DNA from: Candidatus Bathyarchaeia archaeon
Lineage (GTDB): Archaea > Thermoproteota > CALKCG01 > B24
NCBI GenBank assembly: GCA_038870975.1
Contig: JAVZJD010000001.1
Span: 64,001-128,000, forward strand
DNA: 64,000 nucleotides
Reading direction: 5' to 3'
This document shows positions 39,438-50,001 of this stretch, piece after piece (within the stretch, counting starts at the first letter, position 1; every line of letters starts with the position of its first letter). A model generated the notes under the pieces. The model searched no databases and was not told where the DNA came from. It saw only the letters and a program-made list of their open reading frames with translations. A program made the translations under genes and the position numbers.

Positions 39438-41789
39438 TTGATAAGTTTAAGGTTCTACCTTTTAGATATCGACAGCCGTCTAAGAAGTGGGGAAGTTGAA
39501 GTTAGACTTTGGGGTTTAACTGATGAAGGAAGGCGTGTTGTCTTATTCGATAGAGCTTTAAAACCGTACTTCTACGCTGTAGCCGAAAATACAGAATTAT
39601 TGGAAAAACAGTTGAAATCCATTGGAGATGTAGAGGAATTCGAGCTGAAAGAAGCAAGGATTTTCGGGAAAAATGTTAAGGCATTTAAGATTTACGTTTC
39701 AAACCCAGATAGATTAGATTCCATAGCGGAAGCTGTTTCAAAACTTAAAGGCTGTGGAGGAGTCTACGATTGCGATCTGAGACATACTCAGCGCTACCTT
39801 CTAGATTATGACGTTCAACCATGCGGATGGCATGTGGTTGAAGTGGAGCCTACAGATAAAGAGAATATTAAAATCGACGAAGCCTACAGAATGTTAAAAC
39901 CACCCGTCTCTATCGGATACCAGAAAGATGTAACCTTCAGGGTTTTAGCTTTCTATATGATTCCACTACCTTCAAAAGGCTCGGCTAAACCTGAGAAGGA
40001 TAAAATCGTATGTTTAGCTGTTAGGACAAACGAAGGATATGTAAACGTTTACAACTCAGAGGAAGTTGGCGAAAGGGGTCTAATTGAAAACTTTATAGAG
40101 CTTATTGATAGCTTCAACCCAGACGTTATTGTTGGTTACGGCACAAATGCGAGAGATTGGGAATATTTGGCTAAAAGAGCTGAAGCTAACGGGTTAAAGC
40201 TCAAAGTAGGTAGAGACGGCTCTGAACCGCATAGAAGCGTCTATGGGCATATTTCAATAGCCGGCAGAATAGCTTTAGACCTATACGATTACGCTGACGA
40301 TATAGCTGATATAAAGATCAAAACCTTAGAGAATCTAGCCGCATACCTAGGTGTCGGTGTGAAAGACGAGCTTATGGAGGAATACGACATACCGAAATTG
40401 TGGGAATCGTCTGAAGGGAGACAGAGAATACTGAGTTACGCATTAGACAGATGTAGAGTTATTATGGAATGCTTTAAAGAATTCATCGACTATGGGTGTC
40501 AACTCTCAAACTTAGTTTGCATACCTTTAGACCATGTATGTACGGCGGCTGTAGGATTTAGAGTCGAGTCTTATCTTATGAAGTGCAGTAGAAAATTCGG
40601 TGAATTAATACCTAAACGTATTGAAAAACCGTACCAACCTTATGCTGGTGCAATAGTCTTAGAGCCGAAGCCTGGTTTACATGAAAATGTAGCAGTTTTA
40701 GACTTTAGATCCATGTATCCCAGTATAATGATGAAGTTCAACATATCACCCGATACTTATGTTGAACCTGAAGTAAACACTAAACCTGAAGAAGTTTTCA
40801 TAGCTCCAGAAGTTGGCCATAGATTTTTCAAAAAACCTGACGGCTTTTACAGAGACGCTTTGAAGAGGCTTTTGGAGGCTAGAGCTGAGATCAGTAAAAA
40901 GCTTAAGGATTTAAGTCCAAGTTCGACAGAATATAGGATTTTAGATGCTAGACAGAAGGCCATAAAAGTCATTACCAATGCGATGTATGGATATGCTGGT
41001 TGGATAGGCGCACGATGGTATAGACGACCCATAGCAGAGTCCACTACAGCGTGGGGTAGGAAAACTCTCCTAGAAACTGTAGATTATGCGATGAAAATAG
41101 GGCTCTCTGTAATCTACGGCGACACCGATTCGATATTTGTTAAACATGATCAAGAGAAGATTGAGGAACTTGTAAAGTATGTCTCTGAAAAACTCGGTCT
41201 AGAGATTAAGCCTGAAACAATCTATAGACGGATAATTTTCACGGAGGCTAAGAAGAGGTATGCAGGTTTACTTGCAGATGGTAGAATAGATATAACTGGT
41301 TTGGAAGCCGTAAGAGGGGATTGGTCTGAAATCGCTAAGAAAATTCAGCGTGAAGTTATTAGAATTATTCTTGAAACAGGGTCTGTTGAACAAGCTCTCA
41401 AAGAAGCAAGGAAAATGTTGAGCGATGTTGAAGTGGGTAAAGTACCTCTCAGAGAACTCATTATATGGAAGACTTTGACCAAGACTACAGAAGACTACAA
41501 AGTGTTAACTGCCCATGTGAAAGCCGCTCAAAGACTCGTAGACATGGGTTGGGATATCGGTCCTGGCGATAAAGTAGGAATAATCGTAGTCAAAGGAACG
41601 GGTAGACTTTATGATAGAGTGGAACCGTATCAATTCGTTAAACCAGAGGATGTAGATTACAGATATTACGTCGAGAATCAGATAGTACCAGCTGTAGTTA
41701 GAATTATCAGCGTCTTTGGGTATAGAGAGGAAGATTTAAGAGCGCCTATAAAAACTATGGAAAAGAAGGGGCAGAGGACGCTCTTTTAA
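39438..41789 (+). CDS. polB: Family B DNA polymerase (B3-like) with degenerate 3'-5' exonuclease motifs
   Basis: DFRSMYPS, KVITNAMYGY, YGDTDS and KKRYAG intact; the ExoI position reads AFYMIP. Confidence 0.93.
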   Translation: MISLRFYLLDIDSRLRSGEVEVRLWGLTDEGRRVVLFDRALKPYFYAVAENTELLEKQLKSIGDVEEFELKEARIFGKNVKAFKIYVSNPDRLDSIAEAVSKLKGCGGVYDCDLRHTQRYLLDYDVQPCGWHVVEVEPTDKENIKIDEAYRMLKPPVSIGYQKDVTFRVLAFYMIPLPSKGSAKPEKDKIVCLAVRTNEGYVNVYNSEEVGERGLIENFIELIDSFNPDVIVGYGTNARDWEYLAKRAEANGLKLKVGRDGSEPHRSVYGHISIAGRIALDLYDYADDIADIKIKTLENLAAYLGVGVKDELMEEYDIPKLWESSEGRQRILSYALDRCRVIMECFKEFIDYGCQLSNLVCIPLDHVCTAAVGFRVESYLMKCSRKFGELIPKRIEKPYQPYAGAIVLEPKPGLHENVAVLDFRSMYPSIMMKFNISPDTYVEPEVNTKPEEVFIAPEVGHRFFKKPDGFYRDALKRLLEARAEISKKLKDLSPSSTEYRILDARQKAIKVITNAMYGYAGWIGARWYRRPIAESTTAWGRKTLLETVDYAMKIGLSVIYGDTDSIFVKHDQEKIEELVKYVSEKLGLEIKPETIYRRIIFTEAKKRYAGLLADGRIDITGLEAVRGDWSEIAKKIQREVIRIILETGSVEQALKEARKMLSDVEVGKVPLRELIIWKTLTKTTEDYKVLTAHVKAAQRLVDMGWDIGPGDKVGIIVVKGTGRLYDRVEPYQFVKPEDVDYRYYVENQIVPAVVRIISVFGYREEDLRAPIKTMEKKGQRTLF

Positions 41790-41806
41790 TAAAAAGGAGT
41801 TTAGAC

Positions 41807-43090
41807 TTAAAATGGAATCCATTTAGCTTCTGCTTTAAACATTTCGTCAACCATTTTCTCAATTTCTCTAGGTGTTAAAATAGCTGAGGTTAATGGGTCG
41901 AACATTATTGCTTGTAAAGCTGCGTTTCTATCTTTCTCTAAAGCCGCTTTAACGGCAAGCTCTTGAACGTTTATATTTGTTCGATTTAAAGCAGCGCATT
42001 GAGGCGGTAAATCCCCAACATGACAGGGATGTATACCGCCTTCGTCGACTAAACATGGAACTTCAACGCAACATCCAATTGGGAGGTTTGTTATTAGCCA
42101 TTTATTCTCAACATTACCGTTTATACGACACGGTCTGCCAGTCTCCATAGAGTATATAATGTCTACGCAATACTCGTGCGATCGGGTAAGCTCTATCGGG
42201 GCTTCACCTCGAATTTGCTTCTTTACATGTTCAAAGTGTGGTTTCCACGCCTCTTTACATATATCCAAATAGAACCATCTTGGTTCACAGTAGATTTTAC
42301 GCTTTTCTTCTGTGGTTCTAAAATATGGGACATATTCGCCTAAATGGTGGCTCGATTCAGTTATAAAGTAGCCTAGGTATTTCATCATTTCAAATCTAAC
42401 TTTATCCCTCTCGTAGATTTCTCTCTTTTTCATAGCTTCGCGAAGGAGGGGATAAGCGTCTCTACCCTTATACTTAAACTCTAGGAAGAACGCTTGATGA
42501 TTTATCCCGGCGACCCAGTAGTAAACGTCTTCATACGGGACGTTTATGTACTCTGCTAATTGCATAGCTGTTCCCTGAACACTATGGCAGAGTCCGATAT
42601 TTTTAATCTTCGTAGCCCTATTCATAGCCCAGCAGTTAATTGCCATGGGATTAGCGTAGTTGATTAAAAGGGCATCTGGACATAAATCTTCCATATCATA
42701 GCATATGTCTAGTAGAACTGGAATTGTTCGAAGGCCTCTGAAAACGCCTCCCGGACCAATTGTATCGCCTACTTCTTGGCTTACCCCGTATTTTAACGGG
42801 ATGTATATGTCATGTTCAAAGGCTTCAAGTCCTCCAACTTGAATCATTATTATTACATAGTCAGCGTCTTTTAAAGCCTCTTTACGATTTAGGGTGGATT
42901 CAACCTTCAAGTTGGGCGCGTATTTAGAGGACAGGGTATGTGCAAACTGAGTTATTACTTCGAGGCGTGCGGCATCTATATCCATGAGAGCTACTGTGGA
43001 ATCCCTAAGCTCTTGATGATAAACTATGTCTGTGAGTAGGCGACTAGCAAAGACGACGCTCCCCGCACCTATGAAGACTATTTTAACCAT
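41807..43090 (-). CDS. melA: GH4 alpha-galactosidase
   Basis: IGAGSVVF, DTIGPGG, NYANPM, GLCHSVQ and AGINH motifs. Confidence 0.92.
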   Translation of the reverse strand: MVKIVFIGAGSVVFASRLLTDIVYHQELRDSTVALMDIDAARLEVITQFAHTLSSKYAPNLKVESTLNRKEALKDADYVIIMIQVGGLEAFEHDIYIPLKYGVSQEVGDTIGPGGVFRGLRTIPVLLDICYDMEDLCPDALLINYANPMAINCWAMNRATKIKNIGLCHSVQGTAMQLAEYINVPYEDVYYWVAGINHQAFFLEFKYKGRDAYPLLREAMKKREIYERDKVRFEMMKYLGYFITESSHHLGEYVPYFRTTEEKRKIYCEPRWFYLDICKEAWKPHFEHVKKQIRGEAPIELTRSHEYCVDIIYSMETGRPCRINGNVENKWLITNLPIGCCVEVPCLVDEGGIHPCHVGDLPPQCAALNRTNINVQELAVKAALEKDRNAALQAIMFDPLTSAILTPREIEKMVDEMFKAEAKWIPF

Positions 43091-43417
43091 ACCATATCAC
43101 GCTACCAGAGGAATCTATGCATTAGAATATTATTAAAGGTTTAACTGCAATCGTTGCAAAAGATTTATCCCGTTCTTAGATGGCATTATAAATCCGAGAA
43201 TCTATTCATTCGCACGGGTTATTCTAACGCTTTATTTCCATATTTCCATATTTCCATAGGAGGGAGAAGTAGTAATTCCATTCTTTAACCAACTCTATGA
43301 ATTTTTCAATATGAGATTTACGTTTTCAATTACGTTAAATTTTTAGGAGGGGGCTTGTTTTAAAAGTAGCGGGAACTCTGATGAGTATTATGTGGATAAT
43401 TCATAACGATTACTTTA

Positions 43418-44122
43418 TCAATAATCTTCACGTTTCTTTATGAGTATTTTTTCAGCTTCTTCCAAATCTTTAAGTGTCTCTATGCTTCTCCAAATTGTAA
43501 AATCATAGTATCTTACAGTTTTAAGCTTTCTAGCACTTGTGAGTTTTGGAAAGGATTCCCTTTCCAGGTCTCCTCTGTCTGGTAGGTATTTAAATACCTC
43601 GGGTCTGAATAGGTACAATCCTGCATTTATCCAATAGTCTCGAATGATAGGTTTTTCTTGGAAGAGAACTATGTAGTCCTTGCTATCTGAAAAGACTATT
43701 CCATATGGCGATGGAAGAGGTACCGTAGCGATTACTCCAATTGCATCTTCATTCAACATCTCAATGAGTTTAGTTGGGTTTATATCGGTTATCACGTCTC
43801 CGTTGACGACGTAGAACATTTCCTCTTTGCCAAGGAGGCTTATGGCGTTTTTAAGCCCACCACCTGTTCCTAAGGGCTCTTCTTCTACAACGTAAGATAC
43901 GTGTACTCCATACTTCCTACCACTACCGAGGGAACTTAAGAACTTCTCTTTTAGATACCCAATGGTTACTATGAATTCCATAATTCCATACTTCTTCAAC
44001 CATTCAATTTGATGCACTATAATGGGTTTACCAGCAACCTCTATTAGAGGTTTAGGCATATCGTTTGTTAAAGGTCTTAAGCGTGTACCTTGACCTCCAG
44101 CTAAAATGATGGCTTTCATCAC
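43418..44122 (-). CDS. Sugar-phosphate nucleotidyltransferase
   Basis: ILAGGQGTRLRPLT...PKPL, EPLGTGG and NGDV motifs. Confidence 0.9.
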   Translation of the reverse strand: MMKAIILAGGQGTRLRPLTNDMPKPLIEVAGKPIIVHQIEWLKKYGIMEFIVTIGYLKEKFLSSLGSGRKYGVHVSYVVEEEPLGTGGGLKNAISLLGKEEMFYVVNGDVITDINPTKLIEMLNEDAIGVIATVPLPSPYGIVFSDSKDYIVLFQEKPIIRDYWINAGLYLFRPEVFKYLPDRGDLERESFPKLTSARKLKTVRYYDFTIWRSIETLKDLEEAEKILIKKREDY

Positions 44123-44207
44123 TAACTCTTACGCTTAGAAAGCTTTTTAAAATTGAGGGAGAACGAGGATTTGGAAAAGTTTCTGGAATCTTATATTAAT
44201 AAGCCGT

Positions 44208-45701
44208 TTAATTGCGAATGGATGAAGTAACGGTTTCACCTTGAATTTTTACGACGTTAACAGAGTGGGGTTTGAGCTCAAGCACGACTTTACCATTTTC
44301 AACTTTAACATGTCCATCTTCAATTAGAACCTTATGGGGATTCTCAAGAGTATTTTTATCCTCGATACTCTCTCCAGCAATTGTTTCAACAGATCCTGCA
44401 ACTGGTTTGAAGTTTTTGAAAGACGTTTGGACATACGTATATTCTTCATCATGTCTATTGACCATGTATAAGTACAAGGTTTTCCCATCTTCTGCAATCA
44501 TGGCTGATGTATCTACAAATGGGATGTAACGATTAAGCTCGCTCGACTTATAAAGCTGTGTATCAACAACCGTCGGGAGGACATAATCTCCAACGTTTTC
44601 ACCATACAGTTTGAATACGTAGTACTGAGGGGTCAAAACCATTCTCCCGTCTTCTGAGGCAACTATTAATGGTAAAACGTTGACTGTTTGTGCAAATGCC
44701 GCTATGGGTACTTCGTTACATAACCTATGTAGAGAATTTAATATCCCTGCTGTAAATACGGCGTCCTTCACACTCGTGGTCTGTCTAAGCAGCGGAGGTT
44801 TTGCCTCCGAATACCAGACGTCCCACTCATCAAAAGCCAGTTTTATTTCACGCTTAATGTTGTACTTTCTCTTTACGTCTTGAACAAGTTCGTAGACGTT
44901 TCTCAACCTCCTCTCTATGTCCAAACTATAGGCTATAAGTTCCCTATAGGGCTTGTCTCCACTGATGTAAATGTGGATAGATAAATAGTCAAAGTATTCC
45001 CCGGCGTTCTTTACCATAGCTATGTTCCACTCTGGGTCTTCACACCCAACTGCTATAAGCTTGATTTCTGGATCTACAGCCTTCATTTCATTTGCAAATT
45101 CCATAGTTCGCCTAGCACATTCAACACCATCCGCACAGAATCCAATTTGCCACCTTCCGTAGAGTTCGTTTCCAATACCCCATATTTTGACATGATAAGG
45201 CTCAGCACGGCCATATTGACGTCTAAGCTGTGCATAGTAAGTCTTCCTGTTAGAGTTACAGTATTCTACCCATTCTGCTGCCTCTTCAGGTGTTCCATTA
45301 CCAGCGTTGACGACTATCCAAGGCTCTGCCCCTACGAGTCTACACCATTCTATGAATTCATCTGTTCCAAAAGCATTAGGCTCATCTTGCCCCCAAGCCA
45401 AGTCATAACGCCTAGGTCGTTGTTCTTTAGGCCCAACGCCGTCTTGCCAATGATATCCGCTAGCGAAGTTCCCACCAGGCCATCTAACTATGGGACATTT
45501 CAACTGTTGAACTGCTTCTAATACATCTAAACGGTAGCCTCTTACGTTTTGAATACAGGAATCTTCGCCAACCCATATACCTCCGTATATGCATTCACCT
45601 AAATGCTCTATAAATTGCCCATAACACCTCCTGTCGAATTTCCCAATTGGTGAAGATGCATTGACAAATACTTCGCAATCCAACACAACCACCTCATTCA
45701 C
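44208..45701 (-). CDS. abfA: GH51 alpha-L-arabinofuranosidase
   Basis: FIEHLGECIYGG, RWPGGNF, WGIGNE, AFDEW and AQTVNVL motifs. Confidence 0.93.
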   Translation of the reverse strand: MNEVVVLDCEVFVNASSPIGKFDRRCYGQFIEHLGECIYGGIWVGEDSCIQNVRGYRLDVLEAVQQLKCPIVRWPGGNFASGYHWQDGVGPKEQRPRRYDLAWGQDEPNAFGTDEFIEWCRLVGAEPWIVVNAGNGTPEEAAEWVEYCNSNRKTYYAQLRRQYGRAEPYHVKIWGIGNELYGRWQIGFCADGVECARRTMEFANEMKAVDPEIKLIAVGCEDPEWNIAMVKNAGEYFDYLSIHIYISGDKPYRELIAYSLDIERRLRNVYELVQDVKRKYNIKREIKLAFDEWDVWYSEAKPPLLRQTTSVKDAVFTAGILNSLHRLCNEVPIAAFAQTVNVLPLIVASEDGRMVLTPQYYVFKLYGENVGDYVLPTVVDTQLYKSSELNRYIPFVDTSAMIAEDGKTLYLYMVNRHDEEYTYVQTSFKNFKPVAGSVETIAGESIEDKNTLENPHKVLIEDGHVKVENGKVVLELKPHSVNVVKIQGETVTSSIRN

Positions 45702-45854
45702 TTTCTCTCATCATACTGGTATTTCTATTTTCCCTCGATTTGATGATATAAACTCTTGAAACTGCTAAGAGAATTTAGATGATATATTTGATGATGAGAA
45801 TTTAAAAGGGTAAATTTAGCCAAGTTCTACTATGACAAAGTTTAAGTTGAGCAC

Positions 45855-45871
45855 CTCCTTAAATTAAGGAG
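45855..45871. promoter_or_regulatory. 17-bp palindrome CTCCTTAA-A-TTAAGGAG upstream of hydrogenase locus 2
   Basis: Perfect 8-bp inverted repeat just downstream of TATA-like TTTAAG (45841-45846). Confidence 0.45.
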
Positions 45872-45904
45872 TACTAAAGTTTAGATAGATTACCTTGTCA
45901 ACAG

Positions 45905-46339
45905 GTGTATGCTATGGGCATTATTACGTGGTCTCGAGTGAGAAGCCCTTGGCTTTTACACTTCAACACTGGGGGATGTAATGGCTGCGATATAGAAGTC
46001 CTTGCGACTTTAACTCCAAGGTATGACTTAGAGAGGTTTGGATGTTTACTTAAAGGTAGTCCTAGACATGCGGATGTCATGGTTGTTACTGGCCCCGTGA
46101 CTAGGCAGGTGAAGGATAGACTTATGAGAGTTTACGAGCAAATGCCAGAGCCTAAGTTTGTTGTTGCCGTAGGCTCATGCGCATGTAGTGGCGGTGTTTT
46201 CCGAGGATGTTACAATGTCTATCCAGGTTTAGATGCTGTTCTTCCAGTGGATGCGTACATACCTGGATGCCCCCCTAAACCCGAGGCAATAATAAACGGG
46301 GTTGCAACATTACTAGCCAAGCTTGGTGGTAGATTATGA
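45905..46339 (+). CDS. Group 4 [NiFe]-hydrogenase small subunit, locus 2
   Basis: GCNGCDIE, SPRHAD and GCPPKP motifs. Confidence 0.93.
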   Translation: MYAMGIITWSRVRSPWLLHFNTGGCNGCDIEVLATLTPRYDLERFGCLLKGSPRHADVMVVTGPVTRQVKDRLMRVYEQMPEPKFVVAVGSCACSGGVFRGCYNVYPGLDAVLPVDAYIPGCPPKPEAIINGVATLLAKLGGRL

Positions 46340-46806
46340 AAGAAGAAGAGGTCGTATCAAAACTTAAGGAGACATTTGGGGATAAAGTTTCAGAGTTTAA
46401 AGTAGCCCCGCGTAGGGTATACTTCTACACTCCTCCAGAGCATTATAGAGAAGTTGTTAGGTTTTTAGTTGAAAAATTGGGCTTTGTACATATTCAAACT
46501 ATAACTTCTACTGATTTAGGTAAGGAGATAGAAATCATGCCTCATCTAGGTAGAGGTCTGACGGTAAGTATCAGGACACGGATAGCTAAGGATAAGCCAG
46601 CAGTAGATAGCATTGTCGATATAATTCCCGGAGCGTCTTTTCATGAAAGGGAAGTCCACGATATGTTGGGAGTGGAGTTCAAAGGTAATCCAAATTTAAA
46701 CAGAATTCTCCTACCTGAAGATTGGCCCAAAGGTGTCTATCCACTTAGGAGAGAAGCCCAGCCTACTCCTCCAAAATCTATTAGAGGTGATGGAGATGAG
46801 TGTTAG
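46336..46806 (+). CDS. NuoC/EchD/MbhK-like subunit, locus 2
   Basis: HEREVHDMLGVEFKGNP...WPKGVYPLRR motif. Confidence 0.92.
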   Translation: MKEEEVVSKLKETFGDKVSEFKVAPRRVYFYTPPEHYREVVRFLVEKLGFVHIQTITSTDLGKEIEIMPHLGRGLTVSIRTRIAKDKPAVDSIVDIIPGASFHEREVHDMLGVEFKGNPNLNRILLPEDWPKGVYPLRREAQPTPPKSIRGDGDEC

Positions 46807-47986
46807 TTCCTCTTACGAGAGGTTTTTCGATGTACCCATAGGACCACAACATCCCGCCCTTAAAGAACCCTTATTCTTGAAGCTCATAGTAGAGGGGGAG
46901 CATGTAGTCGCAGCAGATGTAGACGTATCGTATACCCACAGGGGCATTGAAAGAGCCATGCAGGAGAGGAACTACATACAGAACATATACTTGGCTGAGA
47001 GAATATGCGGCATATGTAATGTAGCCCATACCCTATGCTACTGTCAGAATGTGGAGGGACTTTACGACGTCGAAATACCGAGTAGAGCATTGTATATAAG
47101 AGTTTTAGTTGAAGAACTTGCTAGGATTCATAGTCATCTACTATGGCTTGGCGTCGCGGCGCATGAGATAGGATTTGATACCTTATTCATGTACGTGTGG
47201 AGAGACCGAGAGGTCGTTATGGACTTAATAGAGGAGATAACGGGTAACAGAGTTACCTCTGCTATAAACACTATTGGAGGTGTTCGAAGAGATGTCAAAC
47301 CTGAGACTTGCGACAAATGTTTAAAAGCCATGGATTACGTAGAAGAGAGGACTAAGTATTATAAGAAAGTCTGCGAAACAGACCCGACAATAGCAGCGAG
47401 GTGTGCCGGAGTCGGAATACTTAAACCTGAAGATGCGGTGAGGCTATGTGCAGTAGGACCGACTTTAAGGGCTTCAAACGTGAAACACGACGTTAGAGCG
47501 GATGATCCATATGCGGCTCACGACGAAGTCCCGTTCAACGTAGTTGTATATGATACTAATGACGCCTTTAGTAGAATCCTAGTCAGAATAGATGAGGTGT
47601 TTGAGTCTATAAATATGGTTAGATACTGTATTAAGCACATGCCTAGTGGACCTGTTAGAACTAGGCTTAGGCTGAACCCGCCAGTCGGTGAACACATTAG
47701 TAGAGTTGAGGCACCAAGAGGGGAACTTATACACTACGTAAAGTCTAATGGAAGTGAAAAACCTGAGAGGTATAAGGTTAGAACACCTACATTTGAAAAC
47801 CTACCTGCTCTGTGTGAAATGCTTACGTCTAAAGGAGACTATATAGTTAACATAGCCGATGTGCCAGTGATATTCGCCTCAATAGATCCTTGTTTAAGCT
47901 GTACGTCAAGGGTTGCCGTATTGAATGGTGAGAAAGAGAAGATATGGGTTGGAAGTTTAGAAGGACTGAAGAAATTGGGTTGGTGA
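46733..47986 (+). CDS. Group 4 [NiFe]-hydrogenase large subunit, locus 2
   Basis: ERICGICNVAH and DPCLSCTSR plus C-terminal extension; real start is probably ~46790-46796. Confidence 0.93.
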   Translation: MSIHLGEKPSLLLQNLLEVMEMSVSSSYERFFDVPIGPQHPALKEPLFLKLIVEGEHVVAADVDVSYTHRGIERAMQERNYIQNIYLAERICGICNVAHTLCYCQNVEGLYDVEIPSRALYIRVLVEELARIHSHLLWLGVAAHEIGFDTLFMYVWRDREVVMDLIEEITGNRVTSAINTIGGVRRDVKPETCDKCLKAMDYVEERTKYYKKVCETDPTIAARCAGVGILKPEDAVRLCAVGPTLRASNVKHDVRADDPYAAHDEVPFNVVVYDTNDAFSRILVRIDEVFESINMVRYCIKHMPSGPVRTRLRLNPPVGEHISRVEAPRGELIHYVKSNGSEKPERYKVRTPTFENLPALCEMLTSKGDYIVNIADVPVIFASIDPCLSCTSRVAVLNGEKEKIWVGSLEGLKKLGW

Positions 47987-47992
47987 AGTTAG

Positions 47993-48331
47993 ATGGCCAT
48001 GCTCCCAGAGGTGCTTAAGCATCTGTTCAAAAAACGGGCTACATTGATGTACCCATTTAAGGACAGGGAGAAGATACCTATACCTGAAGGTCTTAGAGGA
48101 AAGATAAGCTTCAATAGAGAGCTTTGCATAGGCTGCGGATTGTGCGTAAAGTTCTGTCCGAGTGGTGCCGCAGAGCTTGCAGAAGACGATAAAGGTAAAC
48201 GTCCAATATTTCACTTAGACCAATGTCTCTTCTGCGCTCAATGTGAAGAAGTCTGTCCTAGGAAAGCTATAACGTTGACGAGGGAGTTTGAAATAGCTGG
48301 CTTTAACAGGAGCAGTTTAATCGTAAAGTAG
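47993..48331 (+). CDS. 2[4Fe-4S] subunit NuoI-like, locus 2
   Basis: CIGCGLCVKFCP and CLFCAQCEEVCP motifs. Confidence 0.92.
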   Translation: MAMLPEVLKHLFKKRATLMYPFKDREKIPIPEGLRGKISFNRELCIGCGLCVKFCPSGAAELAEDDKGKRPIFHLDQCLFCAQCEEVCPRKAITLTREFEIAGFNRSSLIVK

Positions 48332-48374
48332 AAGTATAACATTTAAAGTATTCAGTCACAGCGGGTCTATAGGA

Positions 48375-48866
48375 ATGGAGGAGGCTCTCAGCAAGCTTCT
48401 CAAAAATAAGCATAGAATAGTAGTCCTAGGTATTGGAAACACATTGAGGCGCGATGACGGATTCGGCGTACACGTTGCTTCCTCTCTTAAACAGATCAAC
48501 TTTGAAAACGTGTTAATATTGGATGCTGGAGCTACACCGGAAGCCGTTTTAGACGATATTTTGGAGTATAAGCCTTCGCATCTAATAATAGTAGATACCA
48601 TTGATGCAAACCGTAAACCCGGAGATTTAATAATAGCTAGGTTTGAAGATTTACTAGATGAAGTGGCAGTGTCGACCCATCGTCTACCTTTGACATTACT
48701 CGTAAAATATCTGAGACTTATGGGGTTTGATGGAGAAGTCATACTTGTAGGTGTTCAACCTCGCGATTTATCATTTGGAGAAACTTTGACACCAGAGGTT
48801 GAAGAGGCTATCCACGTTGTCACGGATTTACTGAGAATCGTATTATCAACTAAGCCATATGAGTAG
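48375..48866 (+). CDS. hycI: Hydrogenase maturation protease (HycI-like)
   Basis: LGIGNTLRRDDGFG, GATPE and STHRLPL motifs. Confidence 0.9.
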   Translation: MEEALSKLLKNKHRIVVLGIGNTLRRDDGFGVHVASSLKQINFENVLILDAGATPEAVLDDILEYKPSHLIIVDTIDANRKPGDLIIARFEDLLDEVAVSTHRLPLTLLVKYLRLMGFDGEVILVGVQPRDLSFGETLTPEVEEAIHVVTDLLRIVLSTKPYE

Positions 48867-48918
48867 GAACCCCGGTTAAAACATTCATAATTTTATTGAT
48901 CCAATTATTAATTGTATT

Positions 48919-49638
48919 TTGGTCGACGTGAAACCTATTAATCACTGTTTAGATATTATAATGAGGGGATTAATTTTGGAAGGATATAGAATGCCTGTTA
49001 TAGGTGAAAAGTTTCCTCAGATAGAAGCAAGAACAACCAAAGGTATAATTAAATTACCAGACGACTATAGCGGAAGATGGTTTATACTTTTCAGCCACCC
49101 AGCAGATTTCACCCCAGTTTGTACAACGGAATTTGTAGCTTTCCAGAAGAGATATGAGGAATTTCAAAAGTTGCAATGCGATCTAATTGGGTTAAGTATA
49201 GACCAAGTGTTTGCCCACCTTAAGTGGGAGGAGTGGATTAAAGAAAAGCTTGGCATCGAAATTCTATTCCCGATAATTGCAGATAACACTGGAGATATAT
49301 CTGCGAGATTAGGTATGCGTCATAAACAAGCTGCAGGAACGCAAACTGTAAGAGCGGTCTTTATAGTTGATCCGAAAGGTGTGATTAGAGCAATACTCTA
49401 TTATCCCATGGAGCTTGGCAGAAACATGGATGAAATACTTAGAATGCTTAAAGCACTGCAAATAGCCGATAGGGGATACGCTATTCCAGCTAACTGGCCT
49501 AATAATGAAATAATAGGTGATAACGTAATTGTTCCACCAGCTAATACCGTAGACATGATCAAGAAGAGGAGGGAACAAGTAGCATCTGGTGAAGTGAAGT
49601 GTCTAGATTGGTGGTTTTGCTATAAGAAATTAGAGTGA
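48919..49638 (+). CDS. Peroxiredoxin (archaeal Prx6 type)
   Basis: [14 protein letters not shown] and C-terminal CLDWWFC; real start is likely 48991 (MPVIGE). Confidence 0.95.
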   Translation: MVDVKPINHCLDIIMRGLILEGYRMPVIGEKFPQIEARTTKGIIKLPDDYSGRWFILFSHPADFTPVCTTEFVAFQKRYEEFQKLQCDLIGLSIDQVFAHLKWEEWIKEKLGIEILFPIIADNTGDISARLGMRHKQAAGTQTVRAVFIVDPKGVIRAILYYPMELGRNMDEILRMLKALQIADRGYAIPANWPNNEIIGDNVIVPPANTVDMIKKRREQVASGEVKCLDWWFCYKKLE

Positions 49639-50001
49639 TAGTTAAAAATTGTGGGCAGCATCTCTTTCCACAATTTTTAGGTATTCTGGTCTTAGGCTAC
49701 AACAATTAAGAGCGATCCCTTTATACACTTATTTTAAACAAGCGAAGATGATGAGGATTTATGGGAATAATTAAGGTTCAGTCTACTTCTTCTCTTCTAC
49801 TCGAAACATATATTTTCCTGAGCCAACATTGAAAACTATGTAGTCTCCCTCCCTTCTAGCGGAAATTATGCCCTACACTCTTTGGACGAATTCTCCATCC
49901 CTCCAAACTACTGTTTCGAACTAAAGTGAAACGCCTAAAAAATCAAGTTAGAATATCTTTAAATCGCTCATCTCCTGTAATTTCTTTCATCAAACACTTA
50001 A

